From the NCBI GenBank assembly GCA_052327205.1, contig CM126203.1, forward strand, positions 23,126,001 to 23,190,000: a stretch of 64,000 nt of DNA, read 5' to 3'. Positions within the stretch are counted from its first letter, which is position 1. Every line of letters begins with the position of its first letter. The DNA is from Somniosus microcephalus. Lineage: Eukaryota. The position numbers were made by a program, and so were the translations under genes. Below the pieces are notes generated by a model. The model was not told the origin of the DNA, ran no database searches, and saw nothing but the letters and a program-made list of their open reading frames with translations. This document shows, piece by piece, positions 35,013 through 48,599 of the stretch.

Positions 35013-35250
35013 TCAATATATCCAAGGAGTAACGTGTCAGGAGGCCTCTGTGTTCAGCGGGATGTGTGCAGAAGTTCTGGAGCTGCCACTTGCTCCAGGA
35101 TGCTCTGATTGGTAGAAAAGCCCTCTCTGATAGTGCCGCAAAGGAAGGCATCCGACTCGGACGCCATCCCTGCCATCTGCCATGCACCTTCGGAGAGTCT
35201 GATTTGGGTTTCAATGTTACTGAGGCCGTCAGTGAACCAGCTTTTCCACT
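35013..35250 (+). pseudogene. Decayed Harbinger (HARBI1-like) transposase N-terminal relic, probably continuing from ~23225-23400
   Basis: Degenerate reading NISKE*.VRR..ELCHLLQDAL..VTEA after YPATRMYSP*RL on the far side of the CR1. Confidence 0.45.
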
Positions 35251-35926
35251 TAAGTCTGCAGAAGTGATGCTGAGGCTTTGTAAAACAGTGGTTAAACCTA
35301 CTTGTGCAGTTCTGGTTGCAACACTTCGAAAGGGACATACCACATTGGAGAGAGAGGGCAGAAGAGCAACAAATCAGATTCCGAATGTAAAGAAGATGAG
35401 CGGACAAAAGATTAGAGAAGGTTAAGCTCCACGGTCAAGGGGGGAAAGATTACCAGGTGATCTCATTGAGGTATATAAAGCATTAAATGTTGTGGAGAAG
35501 TTAAACCAAGAGTCTTTGCCCAAAAGGCGACAAATGTTTGGAGTTATCTCCGAGGTAAGGTGGTGTAACCAAAGACATTAGGAGAGTTCAAGATAATGTA
35601 GATGCTAAAGCTGAGAGTCGGAGTGCTGAGGGACGGGTTCAGTGGAGTGAGTGGCTGCCTCTTGTCCTTCACTTTATCTCATGTTAAATATTTATTTTCT
35701 TTCCTCTTTAGATGATTGTTTCTTTGTCACTATCCCAAATCAGTTAGCTAAAACATGTTGCTTTGCTTCACAGGCAAGTAGATAAATTACAGAAAGAGAA
35801 AAACACAAGCAATATAGATTTCCATTATATATTTGAAAATGGTTTTGTGAGATTCTCCATGAATCAGCTCTTTGTAGCTCTGTTGAGTATTTTCTATGTG
35901 GTCATTTTGAATCAGGCAGAAAAATC

Positions 35927-36064
35927 NNNNNNNNNNNNNNNNNNNNNNNNNNNNNNNNNNNNNNNNNNNNNNNNNNNNNNNNNNNNNNNNNNNNNNNNNN
36001 NNNNNNNNNNNNNNNNNNNNNNNNNNNNNNNNNNNNNNNNNNNNNNNNNNNNNNNNNNNNNNNN
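35927..36064. other. Assembly gap (138 N)
   Basis: Run of N. Confidence 1.
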
Positions 36065-36215
36065 GTCTGCATGTATGCACATGTATGTGCCTGTGTGTGC
36101 ATGTATGCATCTGTGTGTGCATGTGTACGTGTGTACATATGTGTGTACTTTTGTGTGCATGTATTTGTATGCGTGTGCGCGTTTGTATATGCGTGTGCAT
36201 GTGCACATGGATGTG
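36065..36215. repeat. Imperfect (TG)/(TGCA/TGTA) microsatellite
   Basis: Alternating purine-pyrimidine tract next to the gap. Confidence 0.9.
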
Positions 36216-37637
36216 GGGGGGGTGGTCATCCTCTGGTCCTCTGTGCTAATCTCTGCCACCTTTCCTTCTTTGTGCTGCCTCAGTTCACCCCACCTTGATC
36301 TGGTCTTTACCATGAGCCTCTTTGCCCGAGCAACTGTGGGGCTTTTGTGCGCCTTTGCCAGGTACACTGGCCGTTTCCTGCCTGTGTGAGTCTCGGGGCC
36401 CAGTTGGTGTCTGTATATTTGGGAGAGCTGCCTTAATGAACTCGCTCAGTTTAGTGGTTGGAACAGACTGGTGGTGTTACACAGAGCGAGCTGTGGAACG
36501 ATTCTTTCATCCGAAAGAAGTCCTTTGTAGATGTAGAATCAGGGAAGACTGAATACAGAAATAAACAGATAGAAAAGTAATGCGAAGGTAACAGCACCAC
36601 TTTTGTGAAGGGGGAAACTGTTAGGGAGCTTAAGAGTGAAAAAGAGCCCCGATGGGGCCCTGCCACATCTTGCATCACACATGGAAAGTTCTGTATCTAT
36701 GCATAAAATGGCAGATCAGAATTTCCTACCCATGGATTCTATTCCTTGCGTGATTATTTATTGGAGAAATTGTTTGACTTGTTGTGTATGAGCTGAATGT
36801 TGTGCAGCGCATGAAGCGTTTTGGATGTTGTGCTGTGATCGAATGCTCTGTTGGTATTCTGTCACATTCGGCTGGTCTGAAAAATGACTACAGCAGTAAT
36901 TCAATAAAGCAAAAAAGGAAACGTGAATTGACCAGTGTCTTCATTTCTGAGACTAACATGCACCAGTACCAAGTCTTTAGTCAAGCTCACTTTAAAAAGA
37001 AAGAACCTTATTCAATCTCTGAACCTTCTAGGACACTTTACCGACGAGGAATTACTTTGAAGTGGAGTGGCACTTACGTAGGCAAATGCAGCAGCAAATA
37101 TGCACACAGCAAGATTCCACAAAAAGCAATTGGATGGATGACCAGCTAATCAGTTCTCAGCTGAGCAAGGAATGTTGACCGGTCCAGGGGAATTATCTGC
37201 TCTTTTTCAAATCATCCACCTATTCCACAAGGACAGGCAGACAGGGCCTCAGTTTAACTTGACATCCGAGATAACCTGGATGATGCAGCACTGGAGTGTC
37301 AGCGCTAGGTTCACATGCTCAGGACCTGAGGTGGGACTTGAACCCATGGCTTTCAGACTCAGAGGCGAGCGTGATCACCAATAGAATCAAGCTGATACTT
37401 TAGGTTATCACTGAGACAGTGATAAGACAAAAGGAGAATCTGCGACCTGAGAGTTGGAGATACCAGTGAAAGGGAAGAGGAGGAGCCTCATTGCAGTTGA
37501 GAACTCAGAAGTCCCCACTGCAGATTGCAGACCCCCATCTACAAACCAATTCAGATCCAGGCTAGTTCACATAGAGTCCAGAGAGTTACCCCGCCCCCTT
37601 ACTTGGATAGTGAGTGCTTCATGCCTGGGTAATGGAG

Positions 37638-38226
37638 TAGAATCATAGGATCATAGAATGGTTGCAACACAGAAGGAGGCCATTCAGCCTGTCGAGCCTG
37701 TGCCGGCTCTCTGCAAGAGCACCTCAGCTCGTCCCACTCCCCCGCCCTTTCCCCGTAGCCCTGCAAAAAATGTTCCTTCAGGTACTTCTCCAACTCTCTT
37801 TTGAAAGCCATGATTGAGTCTGCCTCCACCACCCTTTCCGGCAGTGCATTCCAGATCCTAACCACTCGCTGCGTAAAAAAGATTTTCCTCATGTCGCCAA
37901 TCATCTTGAATCTGTGTCCTCTGGTTCGTGACCCTTCCGCCAATGGGAACAGTTACTCTCTGTCTACTCTGTCGAGACCCCCTCATGATTTTGAACACCT
38001 CTATCAAATCTCCTCTCAACCTTTTCTGCTCTAAGGAGAACAATCCCAGCTTCTCTAGTCTATCCACGCAACTGAAGTCCCTCATCCCTGGAATCAATCT
38101 CATAAATCTTTTCTGCACCCTCTCTAAGGCTTTCACATCCTTCCTAAAGTGCGGTGCCCAGAACTGTATACAATACTCCAGTTGAGGCCGAACCAATGTT
38201 TTCTAAAGGTTCATCATAACTTCCTT
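37638..38226 (-). mobile_element. CR1 LINE 3' fragment
   Basis: VRPQLEYCIQFWAPH..KRLRGDLIEVFK..FFTQRVVRIWNALP; ATTCTATG-type tail. Confidence 0.88.
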
Positions 38227-39661
38227 GTGCCCTTTCACCCTGAGAGATTATGTTCGGCTGTAAGCCAGCTGTTACTGTAAAAAGCCGGAATAGCAAAGCA
38301 GCCTAGAAAATGTCATATGGTGCCTGTTTTGTCATTGTCATGTTATGTGATGGTGCTTTTAATTGTAATTTATTTGATTGTATCTTGCATTAGTTGCACC
38401 AATTTCCATTTGTTTACAAACTCTTTATGAGGGTGATGCCCTTTTAAATGAAATTGTTTTGTTCTCAACAAAATTGGGATCAGCTCTAGATATTCGTTCT
38501 GTGTCACCATTCTCTCGCATAAATGGACCCTGTGCTCTTTACGATCAGGAGTTTACCTTTACTGCCTAATTTCTGACCAGACAATAGTGTGATCCCGGGA
38601 GATGTAGCAATGAAGCCCCTTGTTTACAAACTAGATACTGCGGCCTCACTTGCCTCCATGCGTACTTCTCCAATCTTCCACAAGACAAACTGATTAACAT
38701 TTTAGTGAGACATTGCTGAATATAATATCAACAAATTGGTTTATTTCACAACGGTTAGGTGAATGAGCAGAGAAAGATTTATGATAAATCTCACTGTACT
38801 TCAACTTAATTCAGTACCGTTACTCATAGCATAGAAAGTAATAAAAATGCCACACTGTCCCACTTAGTGGGCTAAATATTCTCTTTCCTGGTTAGCCTTT
38901 CCTCTGGTCCTGACCAGCTCCACCTTGGAAAAGCTTTCTCTGAGCAGGTATGGCGTCCTTCCTGGATCTTCCTGAATTGACCAAAACCACATCTTTCCCG
39001 GTTCTTTTGTTTCACTGCTGGACAGGAAGCCAACAGTCTCCCTGTCTGGGGATTGGTGAGTAGGGCTGCCAAATTAACCAGATATTGCCCCCTGGGTGGG
39101 GGCCTCCCAGAAACTATCTCCAGCTGCTCCCAAATGAATAGAGCCAGAAATATTAGGTTTCAACCGATCACTGGAATGTGAAATGAACTACTGTTGTCTA
39201 ATATAATCTGGATAGAGGCTTTATCTGAATTCTAATCCATGTGTCCCAGCCCCGCTGTTCTGTGAATTTAATCACCGGAGAAAGTTTAATTTTAATATAA
39301 ATTATACAAAAATTAAACCAAACTCCTTCCATTACAATCTTGAAATGCGATACTGATGATAAGCACGAAATGATAGTATCACAGTTTCGCCCCCACGGTT
39401 TCACTCCATCTGGCAATGCTGGTCTCAGGGAAATATTAAAAATCAATCCTTTCGTAACAGAAATTTCCTGCAGTTCCTACTCTGTCAGTTTTTGTTGACT
39501 GTGTCTGTTGAACAGGAAGCGCAAATGCCCTTGGTCAGGGCACGGTTTCATCTTCACGGCCTGGGTGGTAATCTGAAGGAGCGGATTGCACGCTCGTTGT
39601 AGAAAGCTGCCCGATTTCCATCGCATTTACCTTTTATGTTGTTTTATTTTACCTCATTTTA

Positions 39662-40560
39662 GATGATTGCACAGTGTTCAGTTCCATTCACAACTCCTCA
39701 GATAATGAAGCAGTCCGTGCCCGCATGCAGCAAGACCTGGACGACATTCAGGCTTGGGCTGGTAAGTGGCAAGTAACCTTCACGCCACAGAAGTGCCAGG
39801 CAATGACTATCTACAACAAACAAGAGTCTAACAACTGCCCCATGACATTCAATGGCATTACGATTGCCGAATCCCCCACCATCAACATCCTGGGGGTCAC
39901 CATTGACCAGAAACTTAACTGAACCAGCCACATAAATACTGGGGCTACAAGAGCAGGTCAGAGGCTGGGCATACTGTGGCAAGTGTCTCACCTCCTGACT
40001 CCCCAAAGCCTTTTCACCATCTACAAGGCATAAGTCAGCAGTGTGATGGAATACTTTCCATTTGCCTGGATGAGGCAGCTCCAGCAACACTCAAGAAGCT
40101 CGACACCATCCAGGACAAAGCAGCCCACTTCATTGGCACCCCATCCACCACCTTAAACATTCACCCCTCCACCACTGGCGCACCGTGGCTGCAGTGTGTA
40201 CCATCTACAAGATGCACTGCAGCAACTCGCCAAGGTTTCTTCGGCAGCACCTCCCAAAACCTGCGACCTCTTCCACCTAGAAGGACAAGGGCAGCAGGCG
40301 CATGGGAACAACATCACCTCCAAGTTCCCCTCCAAGTCACACACCATCCTGACTTGGAAATATATCGCCGTTCCTTCATCGTCGCTGGGTCAAAATCCTG
40401 GAACTCCCTCCCTAACAGCACTGTGGGAGCACCTTCACCACATGGGCCACAGCGGTTCGGAAAGGCTGCTCACCACCACCTTCTCAAGGGCAATTAGGGA
40501 TGGGCAATTAATGCTGGTCTTGCCAGTGACACCCACATCCCATGAACGAATAAAAAAAAT
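39662..40560 (+). mobile_element. CR1-clade LINE 3' fragment (second family); further minus-strand pieces at ~45018-45315 and ~47080-47490
   Basis: DDCTVF..QQDLDDIQAWAGKWQVTFTPQKC..ILGVTIDQKLN; A-rich 3' end. Confidence 0.8.
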
Positions 40561-40961
40561 TCTTGTTTATCACAGTCCCTACTAGTGATCTTTCACGCCA
40601 GTAAAAATAAAACTGATCTTGCACACATCTGTGAAAATATCGCTTACACTGTCTGCCATGCCTTGCACTGTCCATATGCTGCACTGTGATTGCTACATGT
40701 GCATGGCAACTTACAAATCTCTTCACTGCCTCTCTCAAGTTTTCCTGTAACACCCTCGTCCATCTGTTCTACTTAATGTGGACCAACAACCAGTTCAAAA
40801 AAATGACCACCAAGATCCTTTAGTTCATCGATAACTTTAATTGTTGCAGTGAAACCATCAGATGATCCAGTTTTAAAATAACCATCTTCAATGTCGGTTC
40901 GCAGCACAGACCAGTTCTCTGTATTGTTGCTCCTTCAGAGCTGAGTCACTTGTCACAGCTA

Positions 40962-41420
40962 AAGAAAGAACTTGCATTTCTGTAGTGCCTGTCACAACCT
41001 CAGGACTTCCCACAGCGCTTTACAGCCAATTAAATACTTTTTGAAGTGTAGTCACTGCTGGAATGTAGGAAATGCGGCAGCCAATTGGCGCACAGCAAAG
41101 TCCCACAAACAGCAATGTGGATAATGAGCAGATAATCTTTTTCAGCGATGTTGGTTGAGGGATAAATATCGACCAGGACATTGGGGAGAACTACCTTGCT
41201 TTTCTTCAAAATAGTGCCATAGGATCTTTTACGTCCACTTGAGAGGGCAGATTGCGCTTTGATTTAATGTCTCATATCAAAGATGGTACCTCCGACAGTG
41301 CAGCACTCCCCCAGTGCTGTGCTGAAGAGTTAGCCTGGATTATGGGCTCAAATCTCTGGAGTGGGGCTCGAACCCACAACCATTTCACTCAGAGGTGAGA
41401 GTACTACCAACTGAGCCACA
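40962..41420 (-). mobile_element. Full-length DeuSINE (SacSINE1-like)
   Basis: A-box TGGCTCAGTTGG and B-box GGTTCGAGCCC on minus strand; colinear with 13062-13498. Confidence 0.78.
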
Positions 41421-43345
41421 TTTAAAACTGGTAACATGACAAGGGCAAGGAACCAGTTTTAGCAGAAGAGATCTAGGAACCAAAGTCAGTGTACTTTCAC
41501 GATTTAAAATAGTTCAACAAATGTTAAAGTTTGTAGCTATTATTTTTTAAACTTTCTTTTTGTACATTTACACTGTACAGGGCAACAAGTGGAACAGCCA
41601 CAGCAACTTATGAAGTGTCTTTCTGAAGTGAGCTAAACCCTGTAATGCTGCCTTGACATTGCAGTCTTCTCTATTTATTCAGGATTTGCTCTGTCCAATT
41701 CTGAAGTGAAGATAAAAGTTGTGCCGGGGGGACTGGCTGGTGGGGAGGGCCTGTGGCCAGCTGTTAGAAGCAGCGATTGTGTTGTGCCTGTTATGAACTG
41801 CCCTCAATACTCCTCCTAGTGCTTCATTCCCAAACAGGAACATCCCTCAAATTGAACACAAAAAATATCTATCCGTATCATTAAAGCTTTTGTGCCCAGT
41901 GTGTGTCTATCATGTCAGGCCTTTCAAAGGTGTCACACACCTGTTGGGTAAAAGTTGGCGATTGCCTGAAATTTGGACCCTTTGGTCGCGAAATTCAACC
42001 CCGTAGTGCCGGTGGTCGAGGCCACTTCCGGCGCGGCCTGCACTGCTCAGCATCTTGGTGAGGGCGATAGCATGGGTGGTACGTGCATTCACCGGCAGTA
42101 TGCAGAGTAAGCAGGTTGTGACCCGTGACATCAGTCAGGGTGCAACGCTGAATTGACGCTCGAACCTGCCATTTTCGGTTTCCTCTCGCACTCCCCTGGA
42201 GAGGTGCTGGAGCCCAGCCACCCCTCAAAGTTACCCTAGCCCCAGACTGCAATCACACAAAGTGTTCCCAGTGCACCCATTTCCTCCTGGGCCATGGCCC
42301 CCCTCTGCCCACACCTTGCACTCACCAACCCCAACCAGTTGCTTGCTTCGGGCTACAGACCCCACTCCCACGTCAGCCCCACCTGGCCGGCCTGTCAGCC
42401 CCACATTCTCGCTCAACTACCTGTAGAGAAGAGACGAATCTTTTGAAATCCATGAACAATGTCATTGCCGACTATGACACGGGTCTCCAGTCTTTTATCT
42501 TAACGGGACACAGTGTGAAACACGAGTCCTCATGAGCCTCATCTACAGTTCAACCCTTTTCCCCATTAATCTACAGATATCTTAAGTTGTTGATGCAAAC
42601 AAATCTCTGGGTTCTGCTTTAGCATTTATCCACTAATGAGGCAACAGTGCTAAGAATGCCAATTTCCAAAATTCCAGGCCCACAAGATTCAAACAGGGCA
42701 AACCAATGAGTAAGAAATATGAACACAAATAGGACTGAGTTACCTGGGCTTCTGATACCGAGTTACCAGGTCACAGGCTGGACTCCACTGAGCTACGTTA
42801 TAATGCCTGGTGTTACATGGTATAATGCTCCTGTCATTATAAAATAGCATCTCTTCTGCATTGTGAGCTACTTCATGCGTGATTAATAAATGGGGTGTGA
42901 AAATCCTTGTGTCTTTGCTAACCCAGTGGAATCCATCGATCGCTGTGCCTTGGTGCTGACCAATGTTGGTGAATCGGGTTGGGAGGTCACCCCAGTTGCA
43001 CAGCCATGATAATAGGGGTGCATCTCGGATCTCTTGAAGTTCTGGCTCGTCCATGACTTGATATCAGACAAGGAATCTGACGGCAGAGTTGGCTGTCAGT
43101 TCGAGGTTGGTGATCGAGAGGCAGAGTTGGGTGTTGTCAGCGTTACAGTTAGAAACTGACCATGTGCCTACAGCAAAAGATTTACTCCCCAAGTGAAAAA
43201 TGAAGTACATATTTGGGTACAGTGCAAGTGCCTGCCTACACGAGTGCATCTAACCGTTCCATATCTGACCCAGGAGAGCATGATGCTGATATTGAGTACT
43301 AAAATGAGAAGGTGTTCATCTCCCAGTGCTAACATGCCTTACACA

Positions 43346-43805
43346 AACCAGAATGATACTGGGGCTAAAAGGGTTAAATTATGAGGATAGGTTGCATAGT
43401 CTAGGCTTGTATGCCCTTAAATATAGAAGATTAAGGGGTGATCTAATTGCGGTGTTTAAGATGATTGAAAGAGTTGATAGGGTAGATAGAAAGAAACTAT
43501 TTCCTCTGGTCCAGAACGAGGGGCATAACTTTAAAATGAGACCTAGGCCATTCAGGGATGATGTCAGAAAGCACTTCTTTGCACAAAGGTTAGTGGAAAC
43601 CTGAAACGTGCTTCCCCAAAATGCTGTTGAGACGAGGTCAATTGAAAACTTTGAAACTGAGGTTGATAGATTTTTGTTAAGCTAGGGTATTAGGGTTCTG
43701 GAACCAAGGTAGGTAGATGGAGTTACGATAACAGATCAGTCATGACCTAATTGAATGACGGAACAGGCTTGAGGGGTTGAATGGCCTACTCGTATGTTCT
43801 TATGT
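43346..43805 (+). mobile_element. CR1 LINE 3' fragment
   Basis: LNYEDRLHSLGLYALKYRRLRGDLIAVFK..FFAQRLVE; CR1 tail. Confidence 0.85.
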
Positions 43806-45789
43806 CTCTACACGTTTATGAGGTTTCTTTTAAGAGGGGATTACCCAAAATCCACCCAATTAGATGAGACATTACAGCTATTATCTTACAGGCAAGTGGA
43901 TTCACTGTCGTACTGAGTACTTTGAAGCCTCAATGAAAATGCTACCTAGGTCAGACGTAGGCCTTATTAAGGACTATTAGTGAAGATAGGGTGATATATG
44001 CCCTTGTATTTAGTGAATGCAGTCCTAGATATGCACTAGTTGAAGCTGTCAGTTCAGTTGATCTACGTTTCCATTTTGTGTGTGGCTGGTACATAACAGG
44101 AACACCAGCCGAGTCCATTTGTTCAGCAGCAGCAGTAACAGCTGCTTCATTGATACAACATAAATAATGGATAATTAAAACTGGCCCAGTTAATGGGAGA
44201 CCAAGTGGTAAAAGAACATCAGTTACAATATTTTTATTATCCTTTGGAGACAATTACAGGGCATACGCTCATCAACTACCCTAACTGAAAGCCATTAAAG
44301 ATTGCCCAGATGGGACTCGTCTTAGCAGCTCATATAGAGTGCAGCTGCTGAGATGGTGGATTTTTGAGGGACTGACCATTAAAGTATCATATGTTTAAAT
44401 AATAAATTTGTCTTAGCTAGATCTATACCATTTATTCAATGTCCGTGAGGATTATTTTCATTCTGCAGCAAGCTATTTTGTGCCAATGAGAATAAAAATG
44501 ATATTCCACATGTGTGAAATAACTTCACAGCTGGCTTGGCATTGAACAGGAGGTCTATCTTGAAAATTTCAGGGCACACATTTTTAGTGTATTTTTGGTA
44601 TATTTGTTTTTACTTTGGGAAAAGCTGGTGTTTTTCATGGTGTGAGGTGTCAGTGCCAAGGAATGGAACGTTTGTGGGTACCCAATGCCTACTTCAAGCA
44701 CTCCCAGTTCACATAAAGGACACCCCGGCTATGTGCCTTAAACATAACCTTGGAAGGCCACCAGTGCAACATCTCCAGTTCCCACTGTTGCCACCCCTGT
44801 GACCTCTCTGAATGAGGTTACCAACCTAATGGCAGTTTGCACTAAATTAGGAAAGGTTTACTGTTTGAAACTTGTGCCCATTAGGAACTGGGTTAAAACA
44901 ACTCCACCTCTTCATTTGAACCCTTACAGTTACAAGAAGGAGATTTTCAACTCATGAGTCTCGGCTGGTTTTGAGGTCACAAGATAATTACAGATGAGGA
45001 AAGACATTCAACCTATCTTTTTTTTAATCATTATTCAGGATGTGAGTATTGCTGGCAAGGCCAGCATTTATTGTGCATCCCTAGTTGCCTTTGAGAAAGT
45101 TGCCTTCTTCTAGAACTCATACAGTCCATGGGGTGAAGGTTATTCCATGATGCTGTAAGATAGGGAATTCCAGGATATTGACCCAGAAGGAATGGTAATA
45201 TATCCAGGTCAGGATGATGTGTGACTTGGAGTGGAACTTGAAGGTGATGGTGTTTCCGTGTCTTTCTAAGTGGTGGAGGTTGCGGGTTTGGGAGGTGCTG
45301 CCGAAGAAGCCTTGTTTGATATCGCTCCTGTGAAGCGCCTTGGGACGTTTTACTACGTTCTCACCTGGAAAGCAGTCAGTGTCCTCGCCAACTGCCATTA
45401 ACAGCCGCCCAAAATGGCTGCTGCGCTAACGAGGTAAATTGGTGTGGGGGGCACGGTGGTAGGTGGCGCAGCGCTAACCTTAGGCGCAACGCCGTCCTGG
45501 TGGCGTTGCATGAGGGATCCGGGACCAATTTGTAGTCCGGTGCGGTGTTGCTGCTTCCCCGAGCGTCTGTGTGTGAGGCTGTGAAGTTTGCAATGCATTG
45601 TGGGCAGTGAGGATCTCTGAAATGTAAAGGGCCATGCACATTGAAGCAAGGGGAAATAAAATGCATTGATTCAATACATTTTTCAGCCCTTTCTGTCTTT
45701 TAACAAATAATCAATATTTAAAAGAAGTTCCAAATGTCAATATTCAGCACTTAAAGCTGAATTACCTTCCTAAACTCAACAAATGGGGA

Positions 45790-46500
45790 AACTGCCTCAG
45801 CACTGCCACAAATGGCTCAGCAAGCCAGGGAAGGGGCACCCAGGGTCTTGCGCGCAGCAGCACTCCAGCTTTGTGCACTGCAAGAGCGGCCCTCTACCCA
45901 CAGGGGCCAGGAGGCCCTCCAGAAAGCACAATGTGGGAGTACATTACCAAGGCTGTCACTGCCAGCAGTGTCGACCCCCACCTGAATCCAGTGCCCAAAG
46001 AAGCTTCATGACCTCAGACCACTGAATGCATCTTCAAAAGACGTCACCTACCAACTGAACTACTAGCCTCACACACGGCTCAATGCAGGACCCCCAATCA
46101 CTCACCTACCAACAATCTGCACCAATGACGAGGCACATCTCCCATTCTTAGCCTCACCTCACCCCCATGGAGGAGACGGTGCAGTCCATTCTTGGCAGGG
46201 GGCATGGCTGAGCCCTTGGCCAGCGGTGGGGCTGAAAGGATACAAGATGCTGGTATCCTCATACGTTATCCTCCTTCTCGCATGCACCTCTAAGCTTCCC
46301 ACCTTCTTGTCAGCACAACTCCACCCTTGTGCCTTCCTCATGTCACACACCCAAGAAATGCAGCCTGCCCAGCCAGTGGGACCGCAGACGGATGATTCTA
46401 TCCCGGATATGCCGGCCACAAAGGGGCTGTCTGGGATGCATCCTTCCATCTGATTGTTCCTCTTCGCTTCCTCCTCTTCTGCTTCTTCCTCTACCCTCTG
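45790..46500. pseudogene. Possible decayed Harbinger element: Myb/SANT-like relic (+) and transposase C-terminal relic (-)
   Basis: Broken reading ALYPQG.RRPSR..WE..ASSV..IQCPKKLHDLR on +; acidic tail EEEAEEEE..RHIRDRIIRLR on -. Confidence 0.4.
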
Positions 46501-48409
46501 CAAGCAGACGTTGTAAATGTGAAATGACAGCATAAAATGTTGCAAATGCTCAGTTGGTCAGGCAACATGTCGACCTGAGACGTGAACTCCACGGATGTTG
46601 CGTGGCCTGCTGAGTATTTGCAGCATGTTCTGTCTTCTCAAAGGCATTCACTTACCATCCAAGCCCTTGTAAGCATCCAGCAGCACTCCCAAAACACTTA
46701 AAAAACTTCACATCTATTGCAGCAAGCCACCACTTCAAGAAAATTTAAAAAATCCAGTCCAAACCCTTCCATTCAATCTTACCTGATTGATGTGTGTGTC
46801 CCTTTAACAGCTGCAGATATCACCCCTGTCAGCATCTGTCAGCCTGCTTGCACACCAGGTTAACATGGCCTGCTTAGGACCCAGTGCTGACTTGAACGCT
46901 AGGGTCGAAGTTTGCGTAGGTGACGTCACCTCGCCACCATTTTATTTTCGGAGTGTAGTCGATTACCAGCAGTGCAAAGGGGGTGACCAATATGGCGGCT
47001 GCCGCCGGGACCGCCTCCAGCTGGTGCAGGAGCGGCCGTTGCCATTTTTTCACGCATCACTGGTGCTACCAGGTGGCGGTTGTTGGCAACTTGCTGCAGT
47101 GCATTCTGTAGATAGTACACACCACAGTCATGCTATACAACGGTGGAGGGGGGAGCATATTTAAGCTGGTGTATGGGATGCTGATCAAGCAGACTGCTTT
47201 GTCCTGGGTGGTGTTGAGCTTCTTTTGAGTGTTCTGGCAGTTGCACTCATCCAGGCAAGTGGACAGCATTCCATTACACTCCTGACATGTGGCTTGCAGG
47301 TGGTGGAAAGGCTTTGTGGAGTCAGGAGGTGAGCCACTTGCCACAGAATATCCAGCCTCTGACCTGTTCTAGTAGCCATGGCATTAATGTGCCTGGTCCA
47401 GTTGAGTTTCTGGTCAATGGCGACCCCCAGGATATTAATGTTCGGGGTTTCGGTGATGGCGCTACCATTTAATGTCAAAGGGAGGTGTTTCAGCTGTCTC
47501 TTAGCTCATCCATTCAGAATGATTTAAAGTCCCTACTTTGCAGCGTAAATTATTCCAGTGTTTCTGCCTCCAATACTCTGTCTAGGAGTCCATTCCATGA
47601 GTTGATCTTCCTAAGATCAGTCAGAAATTTTCCTTTAACAAGTTTAAATCTGTGAGTGAAAAGAAGCTACATTTGCACTTGGAAATACCCAATCAGCAAG
47701 TTAATCTCACAGGTACTTAGCTAATGGTGAGAGGAGAGAGATAGAAATTACAAATTCCCACCATGGGTTGCATTTCATTATCTGGTTACAGAGTAAGATC
47801 ATGGAGGTGTCTAAAGGGGGTATATCGAGGGGGCAAAGCCCTTTCAAAGAAAGTTTAAAAATAAGAACAATGTTTTATAGATTGCACTATAATTAATATT
47901 TTATTGCAAAATCTAGGTCTCGCTTAGAATACTGTGTTCAGTTTTGGTCCCCTCCTCGTGGTGGGTGATATTGAGGCTTTCAAAAGGGAGCAGAGGGGGG
48001 CTACAAGATTAATTCACAGTTTGAAGCCTCTTATTTATCAAGATAGGATAAAGGAGCTGGGACTCTACACTTTAGCGTAGCGTGGACTTGATTGAGGTTT
48101 ATAAAATGATGAAGGGAATAGATTGTGTTCGAGTTAACAGTTTGTTCTAACTAAATAGGTTAGGGAGGACAAGGGGCCACAATTTTCAGTTGTATAAGGC
48201 CAGATTTGTTTTGGTTTTTCTCCTTTTTCAAGGCACTCATCGCTATTGATCCTCTTCCTTCTTGTCAGGAGAATGTGCTGGTATAGACTGCTGAATCATC
48301 CTCAACTGAGATTCAGGTCCCTCCATCCATCCTGTGATGAAATATTCCATTCATCACTCATCAGTATTTCTCTGCCTGTGACTGTGGTTGGTTTCAGTTT
48401 CATTTCTAT

Positions 48410-48599
48410 TGTATTGTACTGTGTGTAGGGCTCCACCCATACCTGGCTCCTATGTAAGCTGGCCCAGCCTGCAGCACATCCAGTACGGCAGACCTCTGGA
48501 TGGAAGATACATTCTCCTCTGTGTGTTACCTTCTAAGTCAATAAAAGCCTTGTTTTGTTTCGCTAACATCGAGTCTCGGATTTATTGAGGCACATCACA
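48410..48599 (+). mobile_element. Possible Gypsy solo LTR
   Basis: TG...CA ends, TATGTAA and AATAAA signals; TSD not clean. Confidence 0.45.

Noticed and set aside
35763-36389. ORFs spanning the gap
   Set aside because: Artefacts of the N-run and adjacent microsatellite.
42740-43249. Possible host exon ORFs
   Set aside because: Part is an L2 RT remnant (ADNTQLCLS..LSDIKSW); the rest has no recognisable homology or splice support.
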